DNA from: an uncultured Erysipelotrichaceae bacterium
GTDB lineage: Bacteria; Bacillota_I; Bacilli_A; Erysipelotrichales; Erysipelotrichaceae
Assembly (NCBI GenBank): GCA_942492995.1
Contig: OW818653.1
Location: 210,001 to 242,000 of the forward strand
Reading direction: 5' to 3'
DNA length: 32,000 bases
The position numbers and the translations under genes were made by a program. The notes under the pieces were generated by a model. The model was not told the DNA's origin and did no database searches. It worked only from the letters and a program-made list of their open reading frames with translations. Of this stretch, positions 14,703 to 22,622 are shown one piece after another. The first letter of the stretch is position 1. Every line of letters starts with the position of its first letter.

Positions 14703-15410
14703 ATGAATAAAAGCATCACTGAAGAAATGCTTAAAAGCCGTGAAGAATTGAGAAGTCAGTTAATCGAAAAGATGAAAGAATGTGATGTTTCAAACAGTGA
14801 ACTTGCTGCACATGTAGGCAAATCAACTGGAATAATATCCGGTTTAAGAATTGGAAAGTCAATCTTGACTCCAATAATGTTTAATCGATTGATTAAGGCA
14901 ACTCAAGAGATTGTTGATCATCGTAACAAACCTAGAGGTCCAATTGAATTATCAGAAGAAGAAATTCAAAAGAGGATTTCTCGTAGAAATACACTTAATG
15001 AAGAAATGCTTAGAAACAACATAGATAATAAACAGTTAGCGACTCATGCGATGTTAACGAAATCAATGATTGAAAAGTTTAGAGATGGTTCTTATTCCAT
15101 AACCAAATCTAAATGGGAAATTATAACAACCGCTCTCGAGTCCATACGTTTGAAATCTAGCCACACAATGAATACCTATAAGAACAATCCGGTTATTATT
15201 GAAAAACTCTGTAATCATCGCACAAAACATGTAGAAGGCTATGTATTTCTTAATATTCAAGAAAAAGGTAACGCATTGATACCTAAGAAAAAATTTAAAG
15301 GACATGAGGAGCAAGTATTAAATGATTTGAGAGATTTTGGATTTGATTGTGAAGTTCATATTTTACCTGATGGTGATTATATACTTGAAAGGATTAATAA
15401 AAATGCGTGA
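14703..15410 (+). CDS. Putative DNA-binding protein with two HTH-like repeats (235 aa)
   Basis: SD GAGGAG. Two similar segments: NSELAAHVGKSTGIISGLRIGK and NKQLATHAMLTKSMIEKFRDG. Confidence 0.6.
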   Translation: MNKSITEEMLKSREELRSQLIEKMKECDVSNSELAAHVGKSTGIISGLRIGKSILTPIMFNRLIKATQEIVDHRNKPRGPIELSEEEIQKRISRRNTLNEEMLRNNIDNKQLATHAMLTKSMIEKFRDGSYSITKSKWEIITTALESIRLKSSHTMNTYKNNPVIIEKLCNHRTKHVEGYVFLNIQEKGNALIPKKKFKGHEEQVLNDLRDFGFDCEVHILPDGDYILERINKNA

Positions 15411-15639
15411 TCAAGTAATTGTGTTAAGACCGAATGGATTAAGAGAAGAAATAGATCTATGCGATATTTGTACAACCATCCAACCTCATGTTGGAGTTAT
15501 GAAACATTCAGATAGAAGTAAAAAAGCGTTTATAGATACAATTCTTGTTACAAAAAGACATATGTTTACTCTTGAAGGAATCGAGATGTTAAAAGAAATC
15601 AGTGCGCAATTAGATGTGCCTGAGGTGAATCATGGCTGA
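15403..15639 (+). CDS. Hypothetical protein (78 aa)
   Basis: The ATG at 15403 overlaps the upstream stop. The track start at 15337 is a TTG deep inside the previous gene. Confidence 0.55.
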   Translation: MRDQVIVLRPNGLREEIDLCDICTTIQPHVGVMKHSDRSKKAFIDTILVTKRHMFTLEGIEMLKEISAQLDVPEVNHG

Positions 15640-16411
15640 TGTGAAGTGGATCAAGATTGTAACCGATATCTTTGATGATGATAAAATTCGATACATTGAA
15701 TCAACTCCAAATGGTGATGAAACCATTGTTATTTGGTTCAAACTACTTTGTCTAGCTGGAAAGACAACAACGTCTGGATTACTTATGATGACTGATCGTA
15801 TTGCGTATACCGATGAAATGTTAGCTAGTGTATTCAATCGTAAACATAAATCAGTAATGTTAGCTTTAAATTTGTTTGAAGAACTAGAAATGATAGAACG
15901 CTTTGATAATAAAATTTTAATTGCGAATTGGAATAAACATCAAACACTAGATAAAATTGAAACAAAGAAAATTAAAGATCGCGAATATCAAAAAAATAGA
16001 AGAAACGAATTAAAAAAATCGTACGACAATCGTACGACAATCGGTGAACAAATTAGCGATAGTCGTTCACTAGAAGAAGAAGTAGATAAAGAATTAGAAA
16101 AAGATACTTTTAAAGATAAAGATTTAAGGTATATAGAAGATTTAAATGATGATCCAATTCCTCCAAGTGAAACGTATGATGAGATGTTAGGTCTAATTGA
16201 AAATGAATTTAAAAGAATTTTATCATCTTCTGAAATTAATAAATTTAATGATTTATTTTCCAAACATGGTTTCAAGAAAATTAAATATGCATTATTCGAA
16301 TCTGTGCTGTATCGAAAACTAAGTTTAGCTTACATGGAAACATGTTTGAACACTTGGGACAAGAAAGGATATACTGTTGAGCAATTAGGCCATGGTATAC
16401 ATAAGGTTTGA
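15632..16411 (+). CDS. Phage replisome organizer (N-terminal organizer domain plus DnaD-like C-terminal domain)
   Basis: MADVKWIKIVTDIFDDDKIRYIE...VIWFKLLCLAGK matches the replisome-organizer N-terminal pattern. C-terminus IENEFKRILSSSEINKFNDL...WDKKGY is DnaD-like. SD GAGGTG. Confidence 0.85.
   Translation: MADVKWIKIVTDIFDDDKIRYIESTPNGDETIVIWFKLLCLAGKTTTSGLLMMTDRIAYTDEMLASVFNRKHKSVMLALNLFEELEMIERFDNKILIANWNKHQTLDKIETKKIKDREYQKNRRNELKKSYDNRTTIGEQISDSRSLEEEVDKELEKDTFKDKDLRYIEDLNDDPIPPSETYDEMLGLIENEFKRILSSSEINKFNDLFSKHGFKKIKYALFESVLYRKLSLAYMETCLNTWDKKGYTVEQLGHGIHKV
16019..16043. repeat. Tandem 11-bp direct repeat TCGTACGACAA x2 (plus TCG) inside the organizer gene; ori-like
   Basis: Read directly. 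Followed by the inverted repeat GTGAAC/GTTCAC (16044-16070) and a purine/AT-rich tract. Confidence 0.7.
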
Positions 16412-16412
16412 A

Positions 16413-16829
16413 ATGATCAAGACAGATATAAAAGATGCTTTGATTAATTATCATCAGTTAAAAGTTGCAATTAAAATAGACAATCAAAATATAATTGCTA
16501 TTCGATGTTTAAAAAATAAAATTGGTGGATCAATAGCAACAATTCCACAAAATCCAATAGCTCGAGACAAAGTAATTATTAACAACATGGATAAGGAAGA
16601 TTTCTATTTATTAGAACTTGCTAATCATGAATATAAATTATTTATTGTTAATAAGTTCATTGATGAGTGTTCAGTTTTTCCAGTTGATATTAAGCAGTTT
16701 ATAATTGACTTATTTATTCAGAATATGCAAATGAGTGATGTTGCTGATAAACATAACTATGCAAAATCTTTCATATATAAAAAAATAGATGACGAAATAG
16801 AATTGTTTGTAAATAGAATGAATCAATAA
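16413..16829 (+). CDS. Putative late-gene regulator (ArpU/RinA/sigma-region-4-like)
   Basis: About 138 aa, positioned between the replication and packaging modules. C-terminal HTH-like MSDVADKHNYAKSFIYKKIDDEIELF. Family assigned by pattern and position only. Confidence 0.45.
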   Translation: MIKTDIKDALINYHQLKVAIKIDNQNIIAIRCLKNKIGGSIATIPQNPIARDKVIINNMDKEDFYLLELANHEYKLFIVNKFIDECSVFPVDIKQFIIDLFIQNMQMSDVADKHNYAKSFIYKKIDDEIELFVNRMNQ

Positions 16830-16853
16830 GTTTTTAAATTAATCATTCAAATT

Positions 16854-16862
16854 TGATATAAT
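16854..16862 (+). promoter_or_regulatory. Extended -10 promoter TGATATAAT for the moron cassette
   Basis: Exact TGnTATAAT match, 22 nt upstream of the ATG at 16885. Confidence 0.6.
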
Positions 16863-16884
16863 CTCTTTAATGAGGTGTGGGGGA

Positions 16885-17700
16885 ATGATTAATATAACGT
16901 TTAGTGCTTATCAAATGATTGTTGATAATAAATTGCCTAATAAAAAATTCTTTAGTGATTTAAGGAATGAAATAGACTCTCATAGCGGTAGAAATTCAAT
17001 GAAATCTCCAAATGGAGATATTCATGCTTATGTTAAAAAGGATCTTCTTTTTGAAAACGATTATTTCTATCTAAATTTTAAGATTGGTTCAAATGGCAAT
17101 TATGAACCATTTGTAATAGATACGGTTAACGATAATACGCAAAAGCCAAATCCAAAAAAATCAGAAGAAATTGAACCTAATGAAGAATCATATATATTCT
17201 ATGATTTCAAAAAAGAAATAATCTATATTTCCTCTTCTAGTAAGTCTGCATTTGAGAAATTATTACATTTTTATTTTTTGGACAAAATTATTGTTATTAA
17301 AAAACTATTTAAATCATATGATGAATTTATTAAAGGATTAAGAGAATTAGTTGAAATAAGACTGACTACATATGACAATAATGTATTTGCAAACGTAAGC
17401 GGATATACAGGGTTAATGAAAGATATTTATGGGTTTGACGATCCAGATTCTTTTGAACTAAAAGCATTATTTAATAAAAAAGTTCTAAAAGAAAAAGATT
17501 TTAATTTATTAAATAAGATTAAACAAAGGTTTGATGAACATGAGTTTGAGAAGTTTGTAGTTGTTGGAAATGATGTGGATGAAATTGAAAGAAGATTTAG
17601 TGCAGATAGATTCCAAGAAAAGTTTCAAATAGAGGTAAAAGATGAAGGCAAAAACAGAGAAATCATTATCAATGAGATTTTACGAAAGATTAGAAAATGA
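16885..17700 (+). CDS. Moron gene A: soluble 271-aa protein of unknown function
   Basis: SD GAGGTG 7 nt before the ATG at 16885. The track start at 16870 has no SD and abuts the -10 box. No catalytic motif recognised. Confidence 0.75.
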   Translation: MINITFSAYQMIVDNKLPNKKFFSDLRNEIDSHSGRNSMKSPNGDIHAYVKKDLLFENDYFYLNFKIGSNGNYEPFVIDTVNDNTQKPNPKKSEEIEPNEESYIFYDFKKEIIYISSSSKSAFEKLLHFYFLDKIIVIKKLFKSYDEFIKGLRELVEIRLTTYDNNVFANVSGYTGLMKDIYGFDDPDSFELKALFNKKVLKEKDFNLLNKIKQRFDEHEFEKFVVVGNDVDEIERRFSADRFQEKFQIEVKDEGKNREIIINEILRKIRK

Positions 17701-18163
17701 TTATTTATTTATAATTATCGTTATTTTAACAATGGCTATTAATGTATTTGGAATTAAAGTAGTAATTAGTAATGAAATTGTAGGTGTATCTATTACAATG
17801 TTTTCAATAATTTATGGATTCTTGGTTTCTTCTGTTTGTAATCTTTTTGGCAGAAAGATTACAAGTGCAATGAGCAAAAGTGTTGTTGGTAATCAAACAA
17901 CAGAACTTAGAATGTTTAGGAAATCACTAATAAAATTTGTATTCAAAGGAGTAATATTCATTCTTATATCAATTATGATATATATCTTGAGGTTATATAC
18001 TCTTCCAGAGGATATAAAATCAAGTATATATGTAACATATATTGAACTCGGTGTTAGCGGGTATTATGTATCACAATTGATTTACATAGCGTTTTCTATG
18101 TACTATTTCTTTATTGTTCTAGTAAACATGTTAGTAAATGAAGAATATCTAAATGGTAATTAG
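17642..18163 (+). CDS. Moron gene B: polytopic membrane protein (about 4 TM helices, 173 aa)
   Basis: SD GAGGT 5 nt before the ATG at 17642. Overlaps gene A by 59 nt out of frame (an alternative ATG is at 17672). Hydrophobic segments LFIIIVILTMAINVFGIKVVI, VGVSITMFSIIYGFLVSSV, GVIFILISIMIYILRLY and YYVSQLIYIAFSMYYFFIVLV. Confidence 0.7.
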   Translation: MKAKTEKSLSMRFYERLENDYLFIIIVILTMAINVFGIKVVISNEIVGVSITMFSIIYGFLVSSVCNLFGRKITSAMSKSVVGNQTTELRMFRKSLIKFVFKGVIFILISIMIYILRLYTLPEDIKSSIYVTYIELGVSGYYVSQLIYIAFSMYYFFIVLVNMLVNEEYLNGN

Positions 18164-18217
18164 AAATATGGCAAATTTATAAAGTGTGGACACGTCCACT
18201 AAATTTAAAGTGTATTA

Positions 18218-18226
18218 TGATATTAT
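18218..18226 (+). promoter_or_regulatory. Candidate extended -10 promoter TGATATTAT upstream of the late operon
   Basis: TGnTATTAT, preceded by the direct repeats TATAAAGTGT and TTTAAAGTGT (18177-18214). Confidence 0.35.
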
Positions 18227-18260
18227 AGAATAACTAGGAGATAGTAACTCCAGTTATTAG

Positions 18261-18284
18261 AAGAGACTTTGCGTCTCTTTTTTT
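18261..18284 (+). terminator. Rho-independent terminator
   Basis: AAGAGAC / GTCTCTT 7-bp stem, 5-nt loop and a T7 run. Lies 98 nt after gene B and 15 nt before the HNH ATG. Confidence 0.8.
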
Positions 18285-18298
18285 ATTGGTAAGAGTAA

Positions 18299-18640
18299 AT
18301 GAAAAGAACACTACAAGAGCTTATCGATATAATCCGTGGACCTAATCCAAATAAGTTCTATAAAACAATTGAGTGGCAAGAAATTAGAGTGGATGCACTC
18401 AAACGCGATCACTACAACTGTAAGCGTTGTTCTGGTGAATGGGATTCATCGTTCGACATTAAAAGAGTTACATACAAAGATGCCAAGTATGTGCATCATA
18501 TTAAATCATTGAAGGATTATCCGAATCTATGTATTGATCTTAACAATCTAGTGTCATTATGCTTCATGTGTCATGAGGTTGTTGAAGAAAGAAATAAAAA
18601 ATATGAGCATAAAGTACCACTAACAATTGAAAGATGGTAA
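18299..18640 (+). CDS. HNH endonuclease (packaging-associated)
   Basis: CKRCSGE...HHIKSL...NLVSLCFMCHEVVEE (H-N-H plus CxxC pairs). Sits immediately upstream of terS, as in cos/HNH phages. Confidence 0.88.
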   Translation: MKRTLQELIDIIRGPNPNKFYKTIEWQEIRVDALKRDHYNCKRCSGEWDSSFDIKRVTYKDAKYVHHIKSLKDYPNLCIDLNNLVSLCFMCHEVVEERNKKYEHKVPLTIERW

Positions 18641-18761
18641 TAGATTTCTAAATAATACCCCCCGGTTTAAATCCAATGTCATTTTAAAGAATGGTGGGAA
18701 CGGCTTAGGGGGTAGACTAAACGTAAAAAGTCCGCGCGTGTACATGAGAAGGAGGGGTAAT
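18641..18761. other. Candidate cos region (GC-rich island with inverted C6/G5 tracts)
   Basis: TACCCCC (18656-18662) versus GGGGGTA (18708-18714), plus GTCCGCGCGTGTAC. The locally high GC contrasts with the AT-rich genome. The location between HNH and terS fits a cos site. Confidence 0.45.
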
Positions 18762-19097
18762 ATGCCTTTCAAGATTAATAAATCCTTAAAAAAACGCATA
18801 CGAGACTCTCTTTTAAGTCAATTAAACGAGTCTAGTAAGTCAAAAGATTACTTTGAAAATATGATTGATGACTATATGTACCTTTGGGATCTCAAAGAGA
18901 AACTTCAATTTGATATTCTTGAAAACGGAATTCGGATTGAGACAACAAATGGTAATGGAATTAAAGTTTTAAAATCAAATGAATCCGTTCAAAACCTAGG
19001 TAAAGTCACATCTTCAATGTCTAAAGTATTATCCGATCTTGGTTTGTTTGAACCACCGGTTAAAAAGACAGAAAAGGTTAACAATGGCTATCTCTAA
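18762..19097 (+). CDS. terS: Terminase small subunit (P27-family-like)
   Basis: SD GGAGGGG 5 nt before the ATG at 18762 (the track start at 18627 is a TTG in the cos region). About 111 aa, directly upstream of and overlapping terL. Confidence 0.75.
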   Translation: MPFKINKSLKKRIRDSLLSQLNESSKSKDYFENMIDDYMYLWDLKEKLQFDILENGIRIETTNGNGIKVLKSNESVQNLGKVTSSMSKVLSDLGLFEPPVKKTEKVNNGYL

Positions 19098-20748
19098 GGT
19101 TGCTGAAGTACAAGATTACATTGAATATTGTGCAGCTTACCCTGAAAAGGTTAGTGATGAAGTACATCTATTAATAAAAAACATCGCTCTACCACTTTTT
19201 GAACATGAAGATCTCGTATTTAATGAGAAAATGTATCGTGATTGTATTAGTTATTGTGAAAAGTACTATGTAAAACTGTTTCCTTTTCAAAAGTTTCTAT
19301 ACTATTTTCCTTTTATTTTCATTAAAAACAATCCATATTTTAAAATGTTTTTTTACTACATGGGTCGAGGAAATGGGAAGGATGGAATCTTAAGTCCACT
19401 TCTAAATTTCTTACAAACACCTATGTATAATATTAAAAACTATCACATAGAGATTGTCGCTAATAGTGAGAAACAAGCCAATGATAGCTTTGATGTAGTC
19501 TACGATATGTTGGAAGAACATGAGTATCAGTTTGAAGGTAAATTTAAATGGAATAAAGAAACCATAACCAATTTAGATACTAAATCTAAACTTCAGTTCA
19601 ATACATCAAATGCTAAAACTAAAGATGGAAAAAAGATTGGTGCTATTTGGTTCAATGAATACCATGGCTATGAAACGATTGATCAAGTTAAAGTATTTAC
19701 TTCAGCGTTGGGTAAAATACCTCACGCTAGAACATTTATTACATCAACTGATGGTAATGTTCGCGATGGTGCATTAGATGAATTACTCAATGTTTCGTTA
19801 AGTATACTTAAAGGTGAAGAAAATTCGATTCGAATATTCCCGTTTCTATGTAGGCTTAAAGATGATAAAGAAGCTGATAATCCCAAATGTTGGATAAAAG
19901 CTAATCCAAGTATTGAATATCTACCAGATTTAAGAGATCAGATCGAATATGATTATATTCAAATGAAAAAGTTCCCAAGTCTAAGAATTGAGTTTTTTAC
20001 TAAACGAATGAATATACCAAAACGAGATGATGCTATTACGATTGCTTCTTGGGAACAAATTAAAAAAACTACTCATCTTGATAGTGAAATGAAGATTCCA
20101 AGGCCAATGCCTGAATTGAGAGATAGATCTTGTATTGTGGGTATAGATTTTGCAGATTTACGAGACTTCGCAACAGCGGGGTTTTTATTTGATGTAGATG
20201 GAGAACTTGTATGGATCAGTAAAACTTGGATATGTACACGATCACCATTCTTCAAAGATATTAAGTTTCCATTTGAAATGATAGGTCAACCTGGATATCA
20301 AGATTTTGAATTAGTTTATAGTCCATCAATCGATGCTCAAAAAGTTGTTGAATGGGTTTATCAAGAGATGACAAAGTATTATGTATTGAAAATTATTATG
20401 GATAGTTATCGATTTAGAATGATTAAAAAAATATTTGAATCATATGGACTAGAAGCAGAGGATCGTGATAATCCAAATAATTTAGTAAGAATGATTCGTA
20501 ATATGCCATCTATTAATGCGATGGTAGTTCCAATCATAGAATTTAATTTCGCAGAAAATAAAATAAACGCTGGGAACAGTGCTTTATGGCGATGGTCATG
20601 TAATAACACAGGTGTCCAAATTGATGGAAATGGGAACAAACGATATTTCAAAATTGAACCCAAGCTAAGAAAGAATGATCCATTAATGGCATTTATGGTG
20701 GCGATGAGTGAAGTAGATATGTTAGTACCTATTAACATCTATATTTAG
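19084..20748 (+). CDS. terL: Terminase large subunit
   Basis: Walker A-like GRGNGKDG. About 554 aa. Position between terS and portal. The ATG at 19084 overlaps the terS stop (the track start at 19039 is a TTG). Confidence 0.9.
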   Translation: MAISKVAEVQDYIEYCAAYPEKVSDEVHLLIKNIALPLFEHEDLVFNEKMYRDCISYCEKYYVKLFPFQKFLYYFPFIFIKNNPYFKMFFYYMGRGNGKDGILSPLLNFLQTPMYNIKNYHIEIVANSEKQANDSFDVVYDMLEEHEYQFEGKFKWNKETITNLDTKSKLQFNTSNAKTKDGKKIGAIWFNEYHGYETIDQVKVFTSALGKIPHARTFITSTDGNVRDGALDELLNVSLSILKGEENSIRIFPFLCRLKDDKEADNPKCWIKANPSIEYLPDLRDQIEYDYIQMKKFPSLRIEFFTKRMNIPKRDDAITIASWEQIKKTTHLDSEMKIPRPMPELRDRSCIVGIDFADLRDFATAGFLFDVDGELVWISKTWICTRSPFFKDIKFPFEMIGQPGYQDFELVYSPSIDAQKVVEWVYQEMTKYYVLKIIMDSYRFRMIKKIFESYGLEAEDRDNPNNLVRMIRNMPSINAMVVPIIEFNFAENKINAGNSALWRWSCNNTGVQIDGNGNKRYFKIEPKLRKNDPLMAFMVAMSEVDMLVPINIYI

Positions 20749-20760
20749 AAAGGAGTATCT

Positions 20761-21933
20761 ATGGGTTTATTCAGTTTTCTAATTGAAAATAGAAACGGTG
20801 AGCTAATTGATTTTGCATCTGGATTATATGATTTGAAGTTGAATCAAATAGCAGCTAAGGAATTAGCAATTGAGAAATGCATTGATTTAATATCAAAAGC
20901 AATCGCTAGACTTGAGTTTAAAGTTTATGAGAATGTTAATGGCAAGATTAATTCTATAAAAAATAATGTTTATTACCAGTTGAATATAAGACCAAATGAT
21001 AATGCTGATGGAACTACATTTTGGAAAGATGTAATTCGAAAGTTAATCAAAGACAAAGAAGCATTAGTTGTAATTATGGGTTCAAAATTATATTTAGCGG
21101 ATACATTTGATAAATCGAATGATGTGATTTATTCGAAAACATTTAAGAATGTTCATGTAAAAACGTTAAACAATGATACGTCTTATAAGTTAAACAAGAA
21201 TTTTAAAATGGATGATGTGTTTTATTTTTCATTAGGTGAATCAGAGATATCAAGACTAATAGATAACTTCTTCATTGATTATGGCAAATTGATTGCTTTT
21301 GCATCACTCGACTTCAAGCTTAAGAATAGTAAGAAAATTAGAGTTAAGTTTCCAGGTAATAATCCAAATGTCATCAGCAATGATGGAACAGGTGAAAAGA
21401 AATTTACTACAAAAGAGTATTTAGATTTAATTGCTAAGGATCTATTTTCGGATGATCCAGCATTGATTAGTATCCCAGGTAACATTGAACTAACCAATTT
21501 AATGGGTGACAATGCAAAAACATCAGAGGATTATAGAAAACTTATAGAAGGTGCGTTTAATACTGTCGCATCAGCTTTTAATATTCCAATCGATATTATG
21601 CTTGGAAACAAAACAGATAAATCGACTTCTACTACAGATCTTGTAACAAATGCTTATCTACCATTTATTGAGATCATTGAAGATGGTGTTAATTCTAAGA
21701 TTGTTACTAAAGAAGAATATTTGAATGGCAGTAAAGTTCGAATTGATCGAACTAAACTTCAACACGTTTCAATAATCGATATCAGTAAAGATAGTGAAGC
21801 ATTATTCAGAATTGGGTTTTCTCATAATGATATTCGCGAAATTGGTGGACTTGAACCAATCAATGAACCATGGGCGAATGAACATTATGTAACTAAAAAC
21901 TACACAAATGAGAAAGGAGGTGAGAATAAGTGA
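20761..21933 (+). CDS. Portal protein (HK97-family-like)
   Basis: 390 aa, immediately after terL and before the ClpP-like protease. SD GAAAGGAG. Confidence 0.85.
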   Translation: MGLFSFLIENRNGELIDFASGLYDLKLNQIAAKELAIEKCIDLISKAIARLEFKVYENVNGKINSIKNNVYYQLNIRPNDNADGTTFWKDVIRKLIKDKEALVVIMGSKLYLADTFDKSNDVIYSKTFKNVHVKTLNNDTSYKLNKNFKMDDVFYFSLGESEISRLIDNFFIDYGKLIAFASLDFKLKNSKKIRVKFPGNNPNVISNDGTGEKKFTTKEYLDLIAKDLFSDDPALISIPGNIELTNLMGDNAKTSEDYRKLIEGAFNTVASAFNIPIDIMLGNKTDKSTSTTDLVTNAYLPFIEIIEDGVNSKIVTKEEYLNGSKVRIDRTKLQHVSIIDISKDSEALFRIGFSHNDIREIGGLEPINEPWANEHYVTKNYTNEKGGENK

Positions 21934-22622
21934 AGAAATTCTATCAATTAGTGACATCAGAAGATGGGTTGAATACTGATTTGATTATACATGGTGATAT
22001 CACATCAATGAAATGGGAAGATTCAGATGTTGGATCTTACGATATTGCAAAAGATTTAGCTTCTGTAACCACTCCGAAATTGACTGTAAGAATCAACTCA
22101 TATGGTGGCGAAGTAAGTCAAGGTTTAGGGATATACAACTTGCTTAAATCGTTTAAAGGTGAAGTTATTACGATTAATGATGGATTTGCATGTTCTGCTG
22201 CATCAGTCATATTTCTAGCTGGTAAACAAAGAATTATGCCACGATCAAGTTTATTGATGATACACAATGCATGGACGTATACAGCTGGCAATTCAAATGA
22301 ATTGCGTAAAACAGCCGATATGCTAGACAAAGTCACTCAACCATCTGTCGAGATTTATCTTCAATCCAGTAATTTGTCTGAAAAAGAAATCAAAAAAATG
22401 TTGGATGAAGAAACATGGATATCAGCGGATGAAGCATTATCGTATGGATTTGCGACTTTAGTTTCTGATGATGAGCCAAAACAAAGTCTTGAAAATCACT
22501 TTCTCTATAAGTTGGTGGTTAAGAATAAAGAACTTGAAAAGGAAGCTCAATCAATTAAAAACAGTTTAGTACCTAAAGACTCTTGGAAGTCTTTTTTAAA
22601 TGGGAAGAAAGGAACCCTATGA
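21930..22622 (+). CDS. ClpP-like (S14) prohead maturation protease
   Basis: INSYGGEVSQGLGIYNLL...GFACSAASVIFLAG...LMIHNAW has the Ser/His context typical of ClpP-family head proteases. GTG start overlaps the portal stop (GTGA). Confidence 0.88.
   Translation: MKKFYQLVTSEDGLNTDLIIHGDITSMKWEDSDVGSYDIAKDLASVTTPKLTVRINSYGGEVSQGLGIYNLLKSFKGEVITINDGFACSAASVIFLAGKQRIMPRSSLLMIHNAWTYTAGNSNELRKTADMLDKVTQPSVEIYLQSSNLSEKEIKKMLDEETWISADEALSYGFATLVSDDEPKQSLENHFLYKLVVKNKELEKEAQSIKNSLVPKDSWKSFLNGKKGTL

Noticed and set aside
14492-14710. 72-aa ORF overlapping the 3' end of 14284..14643 and the intergenic region.
   Set aside because: It is out of frame with a better gene and spans the intergenic promoter/SD region of the gene starting at 14703 (the stretch with the ATTGACCA repeats). 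No SD.
7647-18714. Shared C6 / GGTGGGAA / G5 motif pattern between the post-cro spacer (7652, 7710, 7835) and the cos-like island (18658, 18693, 18708). TGGGGGAAT also occurs at 16878-16886 (+) and at 6767-6775 (-).
   Set aside because: The motifs are short, and two of the occurrences are explained as SD or coding sequence. I cannot distinguish a functional link from chance without a statistical scan of the whole genome.
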